Assembly (NCBI RefSeq): GCF_902652985.1
Contig: NC_047023.1
Coordinates: forward strand, 27,094,001-27,158,000
Length of the DNA: 64,000 bases
Reading direction: 5' to 3'
Source: Pecten maximus
Taxonomy: Eukaryota
Shown: one piece after another, positions 52,017-63,200 of the stretch
Layout: the number at the start of each line of letters is the position of its first letter
Numbering within the stretch: position 1 is the stretch's first letter
Position numbers and translations under genes: made by a program
Notes under the pieces: model-generated
Told to the model about the DNA's origin: nothing
Database searches by the model: none
The model's input: the letters and a program-made list of their open reading frames with translations, nothing else

Positions 52017-55000
52017 ATACAACAAAAAATGATCCATCAATTGTTGTGCGTGCCATTCATATGAGTAGACGTAGGATTAGACCTAAATTTGCATGGCGGG
52101 TGTCGGCGATAACGCTGAAGACGCTTATTCTTATGGACGTATAGCCTTATTCCGAATGCACAATCTCAGGTGTCTCCTTGGAAATCAATATTTTGTTCAG
52201 ATGTTTTATCGACTTTGCGTTCCTTTACATGTCTGTATTTTCTATATTTTTATGTAGCAACTGGATACATGTAAGTATGTAGTGTAGTGTAGTAGACTTC
52301 CAGAAGGGAATTATAGACTAGCACTTTTTACCTTAATCCGTCATTGCATCATTCTAATTCCATCTCTAGCATATATACGTTATCTTCAATAAATTTCCTG
52401 TATATCGATATCAACAAAATACACTTCTATTATTATGCGGACAAATATTTAATTATTTCATTCTTATTACATTTCGTGTTAGAATACCATTATAATGGCT
52501 ACGTGAGCAAGATTATGAATGTTGTCAATTATTTACATTGTTTAAAACAGGGAGAAAATTTGTAAACAAAATTGGTTCATCGAGACCTAAAATGTACAAA
52601 GTATCAATTTATATTATGCATGGAGACTTAATACATTAATAAGATTAGGTGATCTAGAAGGGACGTCACTACTGCTTGATCATGGACACCCACTATGTCA
52701 ATCTAGGATTTAAGAAAACAACAAAAATCTTATTAATGTACTACAGTCGTGTTTGATCAATGGCCCTGTTTTATATATACATTTGCCATCTTATTATAAG
52801 GTTAAACACTATTAGCAAACATCAGGATGTTGTTTTCCCCTAGACGTAGGGCATTTAGAATGGCAAACAGCGTAGACCTTATTTCAAATGAAATCATTTC
52901 TCTGTTGATTGTGAGGGGGTTAAAGGCACTTTGCTTCGTAACAGTAATATATGTATATGTCTTGTGTTGTTAACTCCTAGATTGTGATAATAGTATTACT
53001 CCTTGTGTCGATGCTATTAAGAACAGTCTAAATAATGGCACATAATTCATACTGCCACCAAAATCACCAGCAATGTTTGAGGGCAAATTCTGTATTATTA
53101 GGAATGACGGAAACAGGAAATGATGGCATTATTTAGTGAATTTCCCTGGTGTGATGATGGCTGGTTTGGTATATTCTTTCTGTTATATAAAAAGTAGTAA
53201 AATGAACCAACAGAAAACACTATTTAGACATACGATATTGTTTCATTTACTTTTGTTCAATAATTATATTATTTGTTAGAATACGTTAGAAATATAAATA
53301 TTGTTGTAGGTTTCAGTTAAACATGTTCGAAATCTATAAAGGTGAGTAGGTATCAGTTACATATGTTAGAAATACATAAAGATAGATAGGTATCGGTTAC
53401 ATGTGTTTGAAAAATATAGACAGTGAATAAAATTCGATTTCAAAAAAAAAACGAACAACTTTAAAACACATTTACATTGTATGTACCTTTTCTTCATACA
53501 TGGTTATTACCAATAACATAGCATTTGATTTGACTTTGAAAACAAAACACCGTGTTTTGTTTCAAATGAAACAGAGTGACTTGCTTTGCGGTCTGTGACC
53601 ACAAGTGTCGATACCAGTTATACATATAAGAGATCCCCAAGGTGCAATATCGATGTGTCTGCTTTGCTTTTATACAAGGATGAAGGTCTACTAAGGACGC
53701 GTCGAAATTACGCATGTCGATGAATCATAAGAAAACATATGCCTGATTCAGACGAAAAATGAAAGCCTTTTATTTTCACCACAAACAATTGATTAAACGG
53801 CTTATCGCCGATTTCCACAATATTCATTTTTTCACCTTATTAAGGATTCAAATTTGTTAAATATAATTGCTTTTCAAGAATATTAATTTACGCTCCATAC
53901 CTGCACAGGACTTAACAAAGAATGCGGTCGCTATAGTACTGACGATTTCTCTGAATCTTAGCTTAACATGATATAATGCAAAACTTTTCAAGTGCCAAAG
54001 GGTGTTCATTGAAGTTGTTTTAAAACATTATTTCAACCAATTTGAAAATATGTGAAGGAGTCGCATGCAAGTGTATAAATCCACCATTCCCAAATCCACA
54101 CGTGTCACTTCCTTGCTCTTGGACTTGTCATGCAGCGTCTGGATTCTGTTCCCTGACCGAAACTACCTCATGTATTTAACTATTCTCTACTTTGCTTTAC
54201 GTACAGTGTTATGTCTACGGTAAGGAAATATTATTATTTTGCCAATGTTGCTGGATGTGACGTCATTCTGCCATGTTCAAGTATGGTGTTTCAGTGTGAT
54301 TGCGAAATAAAAGCGTTGGCATTAGCCTCATCTTTTCGTCACTTACATACATTGGTCCCATCATCTATCGTTCATTTCAGCAAAGTTTTGCATTTAACAC
54401 ATTATGAAAAAACTTCTGGTGACAACATTTGATGAGACTTCATGCGAACTCAAGCCTCTTTTTCATAATACGCCTTCAGTCTGTAAACAGTAATCATAGG
54501 TTAACAAATTCTCGTAATGATTGAATAATTAGAATATTCAAAAAGGTTGTTCTTTTTTAATGAAAAATTACAGTGTTATCATAATTATGTTATCGCTTCG
54601 CAGGTATCCAAGCATTATTGCTTCTGTTTTAGCATGACTATTCCCAGGATTCGTTATCAGCACAGACCAATCTTATTGCTGATCTGATTACTTCACAGCA
54701 CCCAATGTCAAGTAGAGAAAATTCATCAACCTGTTGAACAATAAATAAATTTGGGTACTGGGTAAAATTAGTTTATGAACGAATAAAAATAGACAACAGG
54801 CGATTGCCGTCTACTGTCAGCAAATCAAACGTAACTTAATATAAAGCAATATATATATTTCCATCACATAATCATTACATACTTTTACATATATAAATAA
54901 TCTATATTCATTGATTTGAAAGTAATGATGCAACACGAGGCCTTCTTGGGAATATTTCAGCTTGTAGGCGACATTCAAATTTTCTTAAGGATATTGCCAA

Positions 55001-55021
55001 TATCAAGTTCACATTAATATG

Positions 55022-55315
55022 TTAATCAGACACTTTCGACCAAGTGACACATACAATATTCTGTAAAGTGAATATGATGTAACTCATACGCTTTCGATCA
55101 ATTGACATATATAACATATCGTAAAATGAGTTTCGAGTTAATCAGACACTTTCGACAAAGTGACACATGCAATATTCTGTAAAGTTAATATTACGTCATT
55201 CAGACGCTTTCGACCAAGTGATGCACACAGCATATCGTAAAGTGAATATTATGTAAATCAGATTCTTTCGACAAGTGACATTTACAATATGCCGTAAAGG
55301 GAATATTTCAGTTCA
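55022..55315. repeat. ~58-bp tandem repeat, 5 diverged copies
   Basis: Recurring TCAGACACTTTCGACCAAGTGACACATACAATATTCTGTAAAGTGAATAT. Confidence 0.8.
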
Positions 55316-55379
55316 ACTGATATTAAGACAGGAGCTATGTCGTGTGACTTTCATCCATAGCTGAATCTTCGACAAAGGC

Positions 55380-55804
55380 TCATATAGGTCGGGTGAAAAT
55401 CCCCAATAACGTGTCCATATACACGGACAATAATGTTTCTCAGTTTGAGAGATATCGACACATGCATATGACCGTTGTATATGAACTCGCAGTCATCTAA
55501 AAAGTCGTTGTTTGACTCGCCGAGTTGTCCAGATACGCAAAAGGATCCAAGGAGCCAGTATGTCGCCGGCATACGGAGAGGTCGTGTGGAGAACTTCCAC
55601 CTCTCACAGGCCATTAACCTGATAAAGACAGAGATTTATCATCTCTGTATACAGAAATTACGTTATTGTCAGATAAGACCACGACGAGATTCAATCGGAC
55701 ACCAGTTTACACTGTCTAACCTTGGAGGTTACGGTCTGCTTCCTCGGGGCCTTTATTCAACGAATTACATCATCAGAATCGCAGAGAAATTAGAGGATGG
55801 TTAA
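55380..55804 (+). pseudogene. Possible decayed Gypsy/Ty3 integrase C-terminal region
   Basis: SLFDSP...SQYVAGIRRGRVENFHLSQA...QKLRY resembles the STG.SP...YV..LR..L...A......QK..Y pattern; the match is weak. Confidence 0.3.
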
Positions 55805-56968
55805 AAAAATAGTTCGTACTGTCTTACTTTAGAGGAATAGAATTATTCTTCAAATAACAATTATTCGAACAGTTTAGATTGAAAATGTATTGAGACCCAA
55901 AACTACAACCAAATTATGAGTCTTGCAACACTGTGTCGATTATAATATTAAACGTACACAGTCTTGATCATCAAACCGTCCGTGACAATACAAGGAAACT
56001 ATATATATAAGTAGGTCGTATGACAAATATGACGAAGGATATATACCATTGTGGAAATGACAATAGTGGTATGATAGGACGGAAGATTATAAGGTATATG
56101 CACGGATAGGGAAGTCTCGGACACTGTTTACTCCCCTTACTTGGAAGTTATCGTGATAACATACTATCTGGTCTTCCTTCTTACACACCCAGTACTTATA
56201 TCCAATAGTCCCATTTATGCTCACTTTACCGTTGTCTTCTGCTGCTTCCTTGTGGTCCACTAGTAGAAGCTGACCTACAGTTGTGCTCGACCCGCATATG
56301 CAGCAAAGCTAGTATATGATAGTATCGCACCGCTTGATAAGGTAGTTACAAAAACAAAGATACAATTATATTTAGAAGGAGCGGTATAGGAAAGTCTGTT
56401 AGGAGCCTGCCCTCCCTTTGTAGACTGGCTACTAACATATAATACTGGTAGACAGTCCACTTTATGACAGATCATAAATTTTGGGCCAGTTTCCTGGCTG
56501 TTGCTTTAAACATCTAAAGGCCGATGCGCGCCCAGTGTGACTGACATTTTCCCGTGCTATCACGTGAGATCAGCTCCATGTCTGTTGCACACGGAAAAAC
56601 CAAATTTACTGTCCAGTCTATTAATGTGTTGTCTGCTTACATTCCACCAAACTGAGATAGCTGTCAAATTTGCAGACGTCTTTACCCAACGCTTTTATAC
56701 TGTACCTATAGCAAATCAAATCAGGATTCAACGGGTACGCGTTGTCTGTGTGATAAATATACTGTGTGAATTCCTTCAGAAATAGTTTAGACATAGACCG
56801 AAAAACGACAAACTAAGACAGCAACTTCCATCGCGTTAAAACGATTCTTGCAGGACACTCAAAGATGGAACTTGTTGGCGTGCTATATGTTTTTTAAATA
56901 TGCTTTGACGACTGATAATAGTATTTCTGTTGGAAACATAGACATCCCATACTTATCACAGTCATTTC

Positions 56969-58342
56969 CCATGGTATGTACTGTGGCGGTTGACCTATTA
57001 CCATTGATTACTATGGTGTATACATTACTGTGACGGTTGGCCTATTACCATTGAGTACTATGGTGTATACAGTACTGTGACGGTTGACCTATTACCATTG
57101 AGTACTATGGTGTATACAGTACTGTGACGGTTGACCTATTACCATTGAGTACTATGGTGTATACAGTACTGTGACGGTTTACCTACTACCATTGAGTGTC
57201 ATGGTGTATACAATACTGTGACGGTTGACCTATTACCATTGAGTACTATGATGTATACAGTACTGTGACGGTTGACCTATTGCCATTGAGTACTATGGTG
57301 TATACAGTACTGTGACGGTTGACCTATTACCGTTGAGTACTATGGTGCATACAGTACTGTGACGGTTGACCTATTACCATTGTTTACCATGGTGTATACA
57401 GTACTGTGACGGTTGACCTATTACCATTGAGTACTATGGTGTATACAGTACTGTGACGGTTGACCTATTACCATTGAGTGGTATGGTGTACACATTTCTA
57501 TAACGGTTGACCTATTGCCATTGAGTGATATGGTGTACACATTGCTATAACGGTTGACCTATTGTCATTGAGCACTATTGTTTATACAGTACTGTGACGG
57601 TTGACCTATTACCATTGAGTACTATGGTGTATACAGTACTGTGACGGTTGACCTATTACCATTGCGTACTATGGTGTATACAGTACTATGACGGTTGACC
57701 TATTACCATTGAGTACTATAGTGTATACATTACTGTGACGGTTGACCTATTACCATTGCGTACTATGGTGTATACAGTACTGTGACGGTTGACCTACTAC
57801 CATTGAGTACTATGGTGTATACAGTACTGTGACGGTTGACCTTTTACCATTGTTTACCATAGTGTATACAGTACTGTGATGGTTGACCTATTACCATTGA
57901 GTACTATGGTGTATACAGTACTGTGACGGTTGACCTATTACCATTGAGTACTATGGTGTATACAGTACTGTGACGGTTGACCTTTTACCATTGTTTACCA
58001 TGGTGTATACAGTACTGTGAAGGTTGACCTATTACCATTGAGTACTATGGTGTATACAGTACTGCGACGGTTGACCTATTACCATTGAGTACTATGGTGT
58101 ATACAGTACTGTGACGGTTGACCTATTACCATTGAGTGTCATGGTGTATACAGTACTGTGACGGTTGACCTATTACCATTGAGTGTCATGGTGTATACAG
58201 TACTGTGACGGTTGACCTATTACCATTGAGTACTATGGTGTATACAGTACTGTGACGGTTGACCTATTACCATTGTTTACCATGGTGTATACAGTACTGT
58301 GACGGTTGACCTATTACCGTTGACCTATTACCGTTGAGTCAT
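56969..58342. repeat. Minisatellite B, 47-bp unit, ~29 copies
   Basis: Unit TACTGTGACGGTTGACCTATTACCATTGAGTACTATGGTGTATACAG; the array ends at the LINE 5' junction with a 14-bp duplication GTTGACCTATTACC x2. Confidence 0.97.
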
Positions 58343-58461
58343 GGTCTCCAAGAAAGCTGGGTCCACGTCCTGAGACTGGGTGCACTGGTGCTCTGCCCAC
58401 ATCGATTGTTTCGGGGGTTATGATCGGTGTGCGTTGGGTATTTGTGTAGCAGAAGGCTTTC
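58343..58461 (+). ncRNA. HDV-like (delta-like) self-cleaving ribozyme at the LINE 5' end
   Basis: P1 GGTCTC(58343-48)/GAGACT(58372-77) with G1.U; P2 GAAAGCT(58352-58)/GGCTTTC(58455-61); P3 GGG/CCT; L3 TCCACGT; P1.1 CC/GG(58378-79); long P4 58381-58448; J4/2 G-C(58450)-AGAA. Confidence 0.8.
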
Positions 58462-58834
58462 ACAGCAGCTCCAATTTGAGCCAACCTGTTTGCCGTGGGT
58501 TGCATCTCGTAATCTGGGGAAAGATGATCCTGGTGGTTGAAACACACCACTTTGGCTTCGGACTCCAGAGAGACGAGAGATAGTACGGGCCCTGTATTAT
58601 CAATCGGCTGGTCACGCCGAGCCCGGGATATTTGATATCCAGAGGGCGGTGGCTTAGGGTCAATCGCGAGAGAATAACAATTTTCGCACAAAACAAAATC
58701 GTATTCTTTCTCGAGTATATTACTCTGTGTAACCCTGACACTTCGGCGCTGGAGAGCCGCGCCTCAAGCAGTGTCCCCTTGTTGGGCTCCGAGGAGGGTG
58801 GGGTCACGAGTAATGAATCACATAACTACTTAAC

Positions 58835-60274
58835 ATGTCTCAAATAAACCCAAAACAACAAAACCAAATCAAACCAAACCAAAATGATAACCTCACCAAC
58901 ACAACGTCCGAAACGACTTTCCCTCAGTATCTCCTTATATCAGCGAAGGAGACTGGGAAGAAAATATCATCGCTATCACCCATCATCATCCAAAAAACTA
59001 TTAAAGGATGCCTTGGTACTGCCAAATCCGTCAAGCCCTTGAGATCGGGAGACCTCCTTGTTGAGGTTTTCCGCAAGCAGCAGGCGGATAATCTCCTGAA
59101 ATTGTCGGAATTCTCTGGGATCAGTGTCCATGTTAGGGCCCATCAGTCTCTTAACTTCAGCAAGGGGGTAATCAGATGCCCTGCCTTGCAGAACGACACT
59201 GACGCAGAGATTCTGCAACATTTCAAATCGGAGAATATCCCGATCTCGGAGGTAAGGCGGATCAAAATAAAACGCCAAACAGTAAGCACCAATACTTTCG
59301 TCCTCACGTTCGCAGTGCCAAACCTTCCTCCATCGGTAATGATAGGTTACATGAGATGTAACGTCTCGCCCTACATACCGAATCCTCTACGATGTCGTAA
59401 CTGCCAGAGATACGGCCATCATGAGGACAGATGCAGGCGAAGGGAGGTTTGCGAACACTGCGGACGAGAGGGCCATAACGACACGGATAGCTGTGATACC
59501 ACCGGCAAACGATGTGTTAATTGCAAGGGCAACCATGCAGCCTCATCTCGAGACTGTCTTTCCTGGAAGAAGGAGAGGGAAGTTCTGCGGGTAAAGTATA
59601 CCCGCAACATTTCCTTCCCTGAGGCCAGGAGAGCGGTCGAGAGTAATGACCCTGCTGCGTTGTCCTATGCATCAATAACAAAATCCAAAACACAACAGCA
59701 TCAAATTACAGTCAGCGATGCGAAAGTACAAGCTTACTTTGATAAGCCAGCTTTCTGTGCGGAGGTACCACCTTTGATGGACGAAAGGAATGACAAGATT
59801 CTTTTCGGTTTGGCATCCCGTTTCAAGTCAGGAAGGGTAGCGTCTAAGACCACCTCAACATCAGTTAGACCTTCCCAGCCTGACGAAACGGCAGTTATCA
59901 AGACCAATATGCTAGCACCTCCAGCACATACACCCGCACGCCATATAACACAAACATCGAAGCCGAGGGTCACCCACCACAGACGGACTGTATCACAGCC
60001 GTCAGACCTTAATAAGATTGCTGGTAACACCAATAAACGACCAGCAACCACACCACCTCAAGACCAACGAAAACCGAAGGTAAAGCTACACAGAGTACCT
60101 TCCTTAAACAACACAAAGCCTAGCAAAGGCTCAAATGACCCTATCCATGGTCATAACAGGTACGACATTCTTGCGGACGACAGTGAGTTTGGTGACAGCA
60201 GCAATGCTGTCACCAGACAACCTACACCAAGTAGTCTTGTCAGTCCAAAGAGCGTCCATCACGAACCTGGATAG
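58835..60274 (+). CDS. LINE ORF1p, gag-like nucleic-acid-binding protein (479 aa)
   Basis: LRSGDLLVEV and YIPNPLRC motifs; three zinc knuckles CRNCQRYGHHEDRC, CEHCGREGHNDTDSC and CVNCKGNHAASSRDC; ISFPEARR; low-complexity C-terminus. Confidence 0.93.
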   Translation: MSQINPKQQNQIKPNQNDNLTNTTSETTFPQYLLISAKETGKKISSLSPIIIQKTIKGCLGTAKSVKPLRSGDLLVEVFRKQQADNLLKLSEFSGISVHVRAHQSLNFSKGVIRCPALQNDTDAEILQHFKSENIPISEVRRIKIKRQTVSTNTFVLTFAVPNLPPSVMIGYMRCNVSPYIPNPLRCRNCQRYGHHEDRCRRREVCEHCGREGHNDTDSCDTTGKRCVNCKGNHAASSRDCLSWKKEREVLRVKYTRNISFPEARRAVESNDPAALSYASITKSKTQQHQITVSDAKVQAYFDKPAFCAEVPPLMDERNDKILFGLASRFKSGRVASKTTSTSVRPSQPDETAVIKTNMLAPPAHTPARHITQTSKPRVTHHRRTVSQPSDLNKIAGNTNKRPATTPPQDQRKPKVKLHRVPSLNNTKPSKGSNDPIHGHNRYDILADDSEFGDSSNAVTRQPTPSSLVSPKSVHHEPG

Positions 60275-63200
60275 TGGACAGCAATACGAACAATTTTATC
60301 ATACAATGGAACATACGCGGACTAAGGGCAAATTTAGAAGAGTTTCAAAACTTATCTAAAGAATTTAGACCTGCCTTATTCTGCCTGCAGGAAGTCATGT
60401 TAAAAAACCCAATTACTTTCAGAAATTTCTCGCTCTACAATAGCATCGCAACGGTAGGAAACAGAGGTGGCGCAGCTGTAGCTGTCCATAAAATTATTCC
60501 TCACAGACTTATCACGTTAAACACAAATTTACAGGCTGTTGCTGTTTGTGCGACTTTACACAGACAAGTAACTGTCTGTTCAATTTATCTTCCTCCTAGT
60601 ATTGCTTTCACTAGTGAGCAACTTAATAACCTCGTCTCGCAACTCCCAGCACCATACATAATTCTCGGAGATTTTATTGGGCATAACAGTCTGTGGGGCT
60701 CCCCGAACACAGATGAGAGAGGAAGACGTATTGAGGAATTTATAGATAAAAACAACCTGTGTCTTGTTAACAATAATACCCCAACATATCTACATCCTGC
60801 TACAGGCTCTCGTACCCACATAGACCTATCATTATGCCATCCATCCATTTTACTCGATTATGACTGGAGGGTAAATGATGATCTATGTGGGAGTGACCAC
60901 TTCCCTATTTTTCTTCGGAATATTGGGACCCCTCTTGATAAACCACTTCCTCGATGGAATGTGCACAGGGCGGATTGGGGCCAATTTAAACACCTGTGTA
61001 ACGAGGAGCTTACTGTAGAAAAATTCACTAACCTGGATGACCCAATTAAAACATTCACTGAAACGATAACTTCTATTGCCACAAAAATGATACCAAAGTC
61101 CGTCCCAAAACCTACAAAGTTCCTTTTATCTGAAGAATCTTTTATCAATAGATCCGGCCGAAAGGCAGCTCTAAGACGATTCCTGACTTCCCCTACAACT
61201 GAAAATTACAATAATTTTAAAATTTGGAGGGCGAAGGCTCGGCGATCTATTAAGTCCGACAAAAAGAATAGCTGGAAGGAATACATTTCTAAAATATCTT
61301 CAAACACATCATCAAAAAAGATATGGGATCAGATACGAAAAATAAGTGGAAAACGAAAAACGGCTCCAGCATCCCATCTTATCAACAATAGCCAAATTTT
61401 CTCTTCTACATCTGAAATTGCAAATGCATTTGCTAAAAATATAGCCCATAACTCATCCGCCAAAAATCACTCCAAAAAATTCCAAACTTTCAAAAAAGAC
61501 AAAGAAAAGAAACGTCTTAACTTCAAATCATCCAACACAGAGAGTTACAACAAGCCTTTTGATCTCCAGGAGTTGCTTGAATCGCTAAAAAGATCGACCG
61601 ATTCAGCAGCTGGGCCAGATGAAATTCCGTATCAATTCCTGAAACATTTACCAGAATCATCATCACGATGTCTCTTATATATTTTTAATCAAGTATTCGC
61701 TTCCGGTAAGATCCCCGAGTCTTGGAAGGAATCTACAGTTATTCCAATTCCAAAACCTGGTAAGGACGCCAATGAACCAAATAATTATCGCCCTATCTCT
61801 CTAACAAGCTGCATCTGTAAAACACTTGAACGGATGATAAACAATGGACTAGTTTGGTTCCTTGAATCCAATAATATTTTGAGTCCACTCCAAAGCGGAT
61901 TCAGAAACCGCAGAGGAACAGTAGACCACCTGGTCAGATTAGAAACCTTTATTCGAGAAGCTTTCGCAAAGAAGGAACATCTTGTTGCTGTGTTCTTTGA
62001 TCTGGAGAAAGCATACGATACTACATGGCAATATGGTATTATGAAAGACTTGCATGAAATTGGTGTACGTGGGAATCTCCCTAAATTCATTTCAAACTAC
62101 ATATCTGACAGACATTTTAAGGTTCGCGTTGGCTCAACGTATTCTGAAACAGCTAAACAGGAAATGGGAGTCCCTCAGGGTGGGATCCTTTCCGTAACTC
62201 TTTTCGGTCTGAAAATCAACAGTATAACTAAATGTCTCGGTAAGTCAACTGAAGGGTCTCTATTTGTTGATGACTTCTTGATCTGCTATAGGTCGAAAAA
62301 CATGCACACGATAGAACGACAACTTCAACAATGTTTGGGCAAACTACAAACATGGGCAGATGAAAACGGCTTCAAATTTTCCAGATCAAAAACTGTCTGC
62401 ATGCACTTCTGCCAAAAACGAAAGCCACATAATAATACCGATCTAACATTAAATGGAAGCAAAATTCCAGTTGTAGAACAAACCAAATTCCTCGGACTAA
62501 TTTTCGATTCAAAACTCTCCTTTGTTCCACATATTAAACACCTAAAGGATAAGTGCTCAAAGGCAATGAATATTTTACGCGTACTATCCCACACCGACTG
62601 GGGTGCGGACCGTGAAATGCTCTTGCGCCTTTATAGGGCACTTATTCGATCAAAACTCGACTATGGGTCCATCGTTTATGGATCGGCACGGAATTCTTAC
62701 CTGCAAATGTTGGATCCTATCCATAATCAAGGATTACGTCTAGCACTTGGTGCTTTCCGAACAACACCAGTGCAGAGCCTGTATGTAGAGGCAAATGAAC
62801 CATCTTTAAATGACAGAAGGAAAAAACTTTCTCTTCAATATGCCGCCCAATTGAAATCCAACCCGAAAAATCCGGCTTTTGACCTTGTTGTCAATCCGCA
62901 ATACCAAAACATATTTACTCAAAACCAAAAACTCTTACCAACATTTGGCATTAGAATTTCGAATTTTCTTCATGAACTTAACATAAGCTTAGACAACATA
63001 GGCGAATACACCGTATCGGATGTACCGCCATGGCTTGTCGAAACACCTGATATTAACCTTACTCTACACGTGAGGGCAAAATCGAGTGCATTACCCGAAG
63101 AACACAAATCCTCCTTTCGGGAATGCATTAAAGATTTTCCCGATCACGTTCAGATCTACACTGATGGCTCAAAAGATGGAGTAAAGGTCTCCGCAGCATG

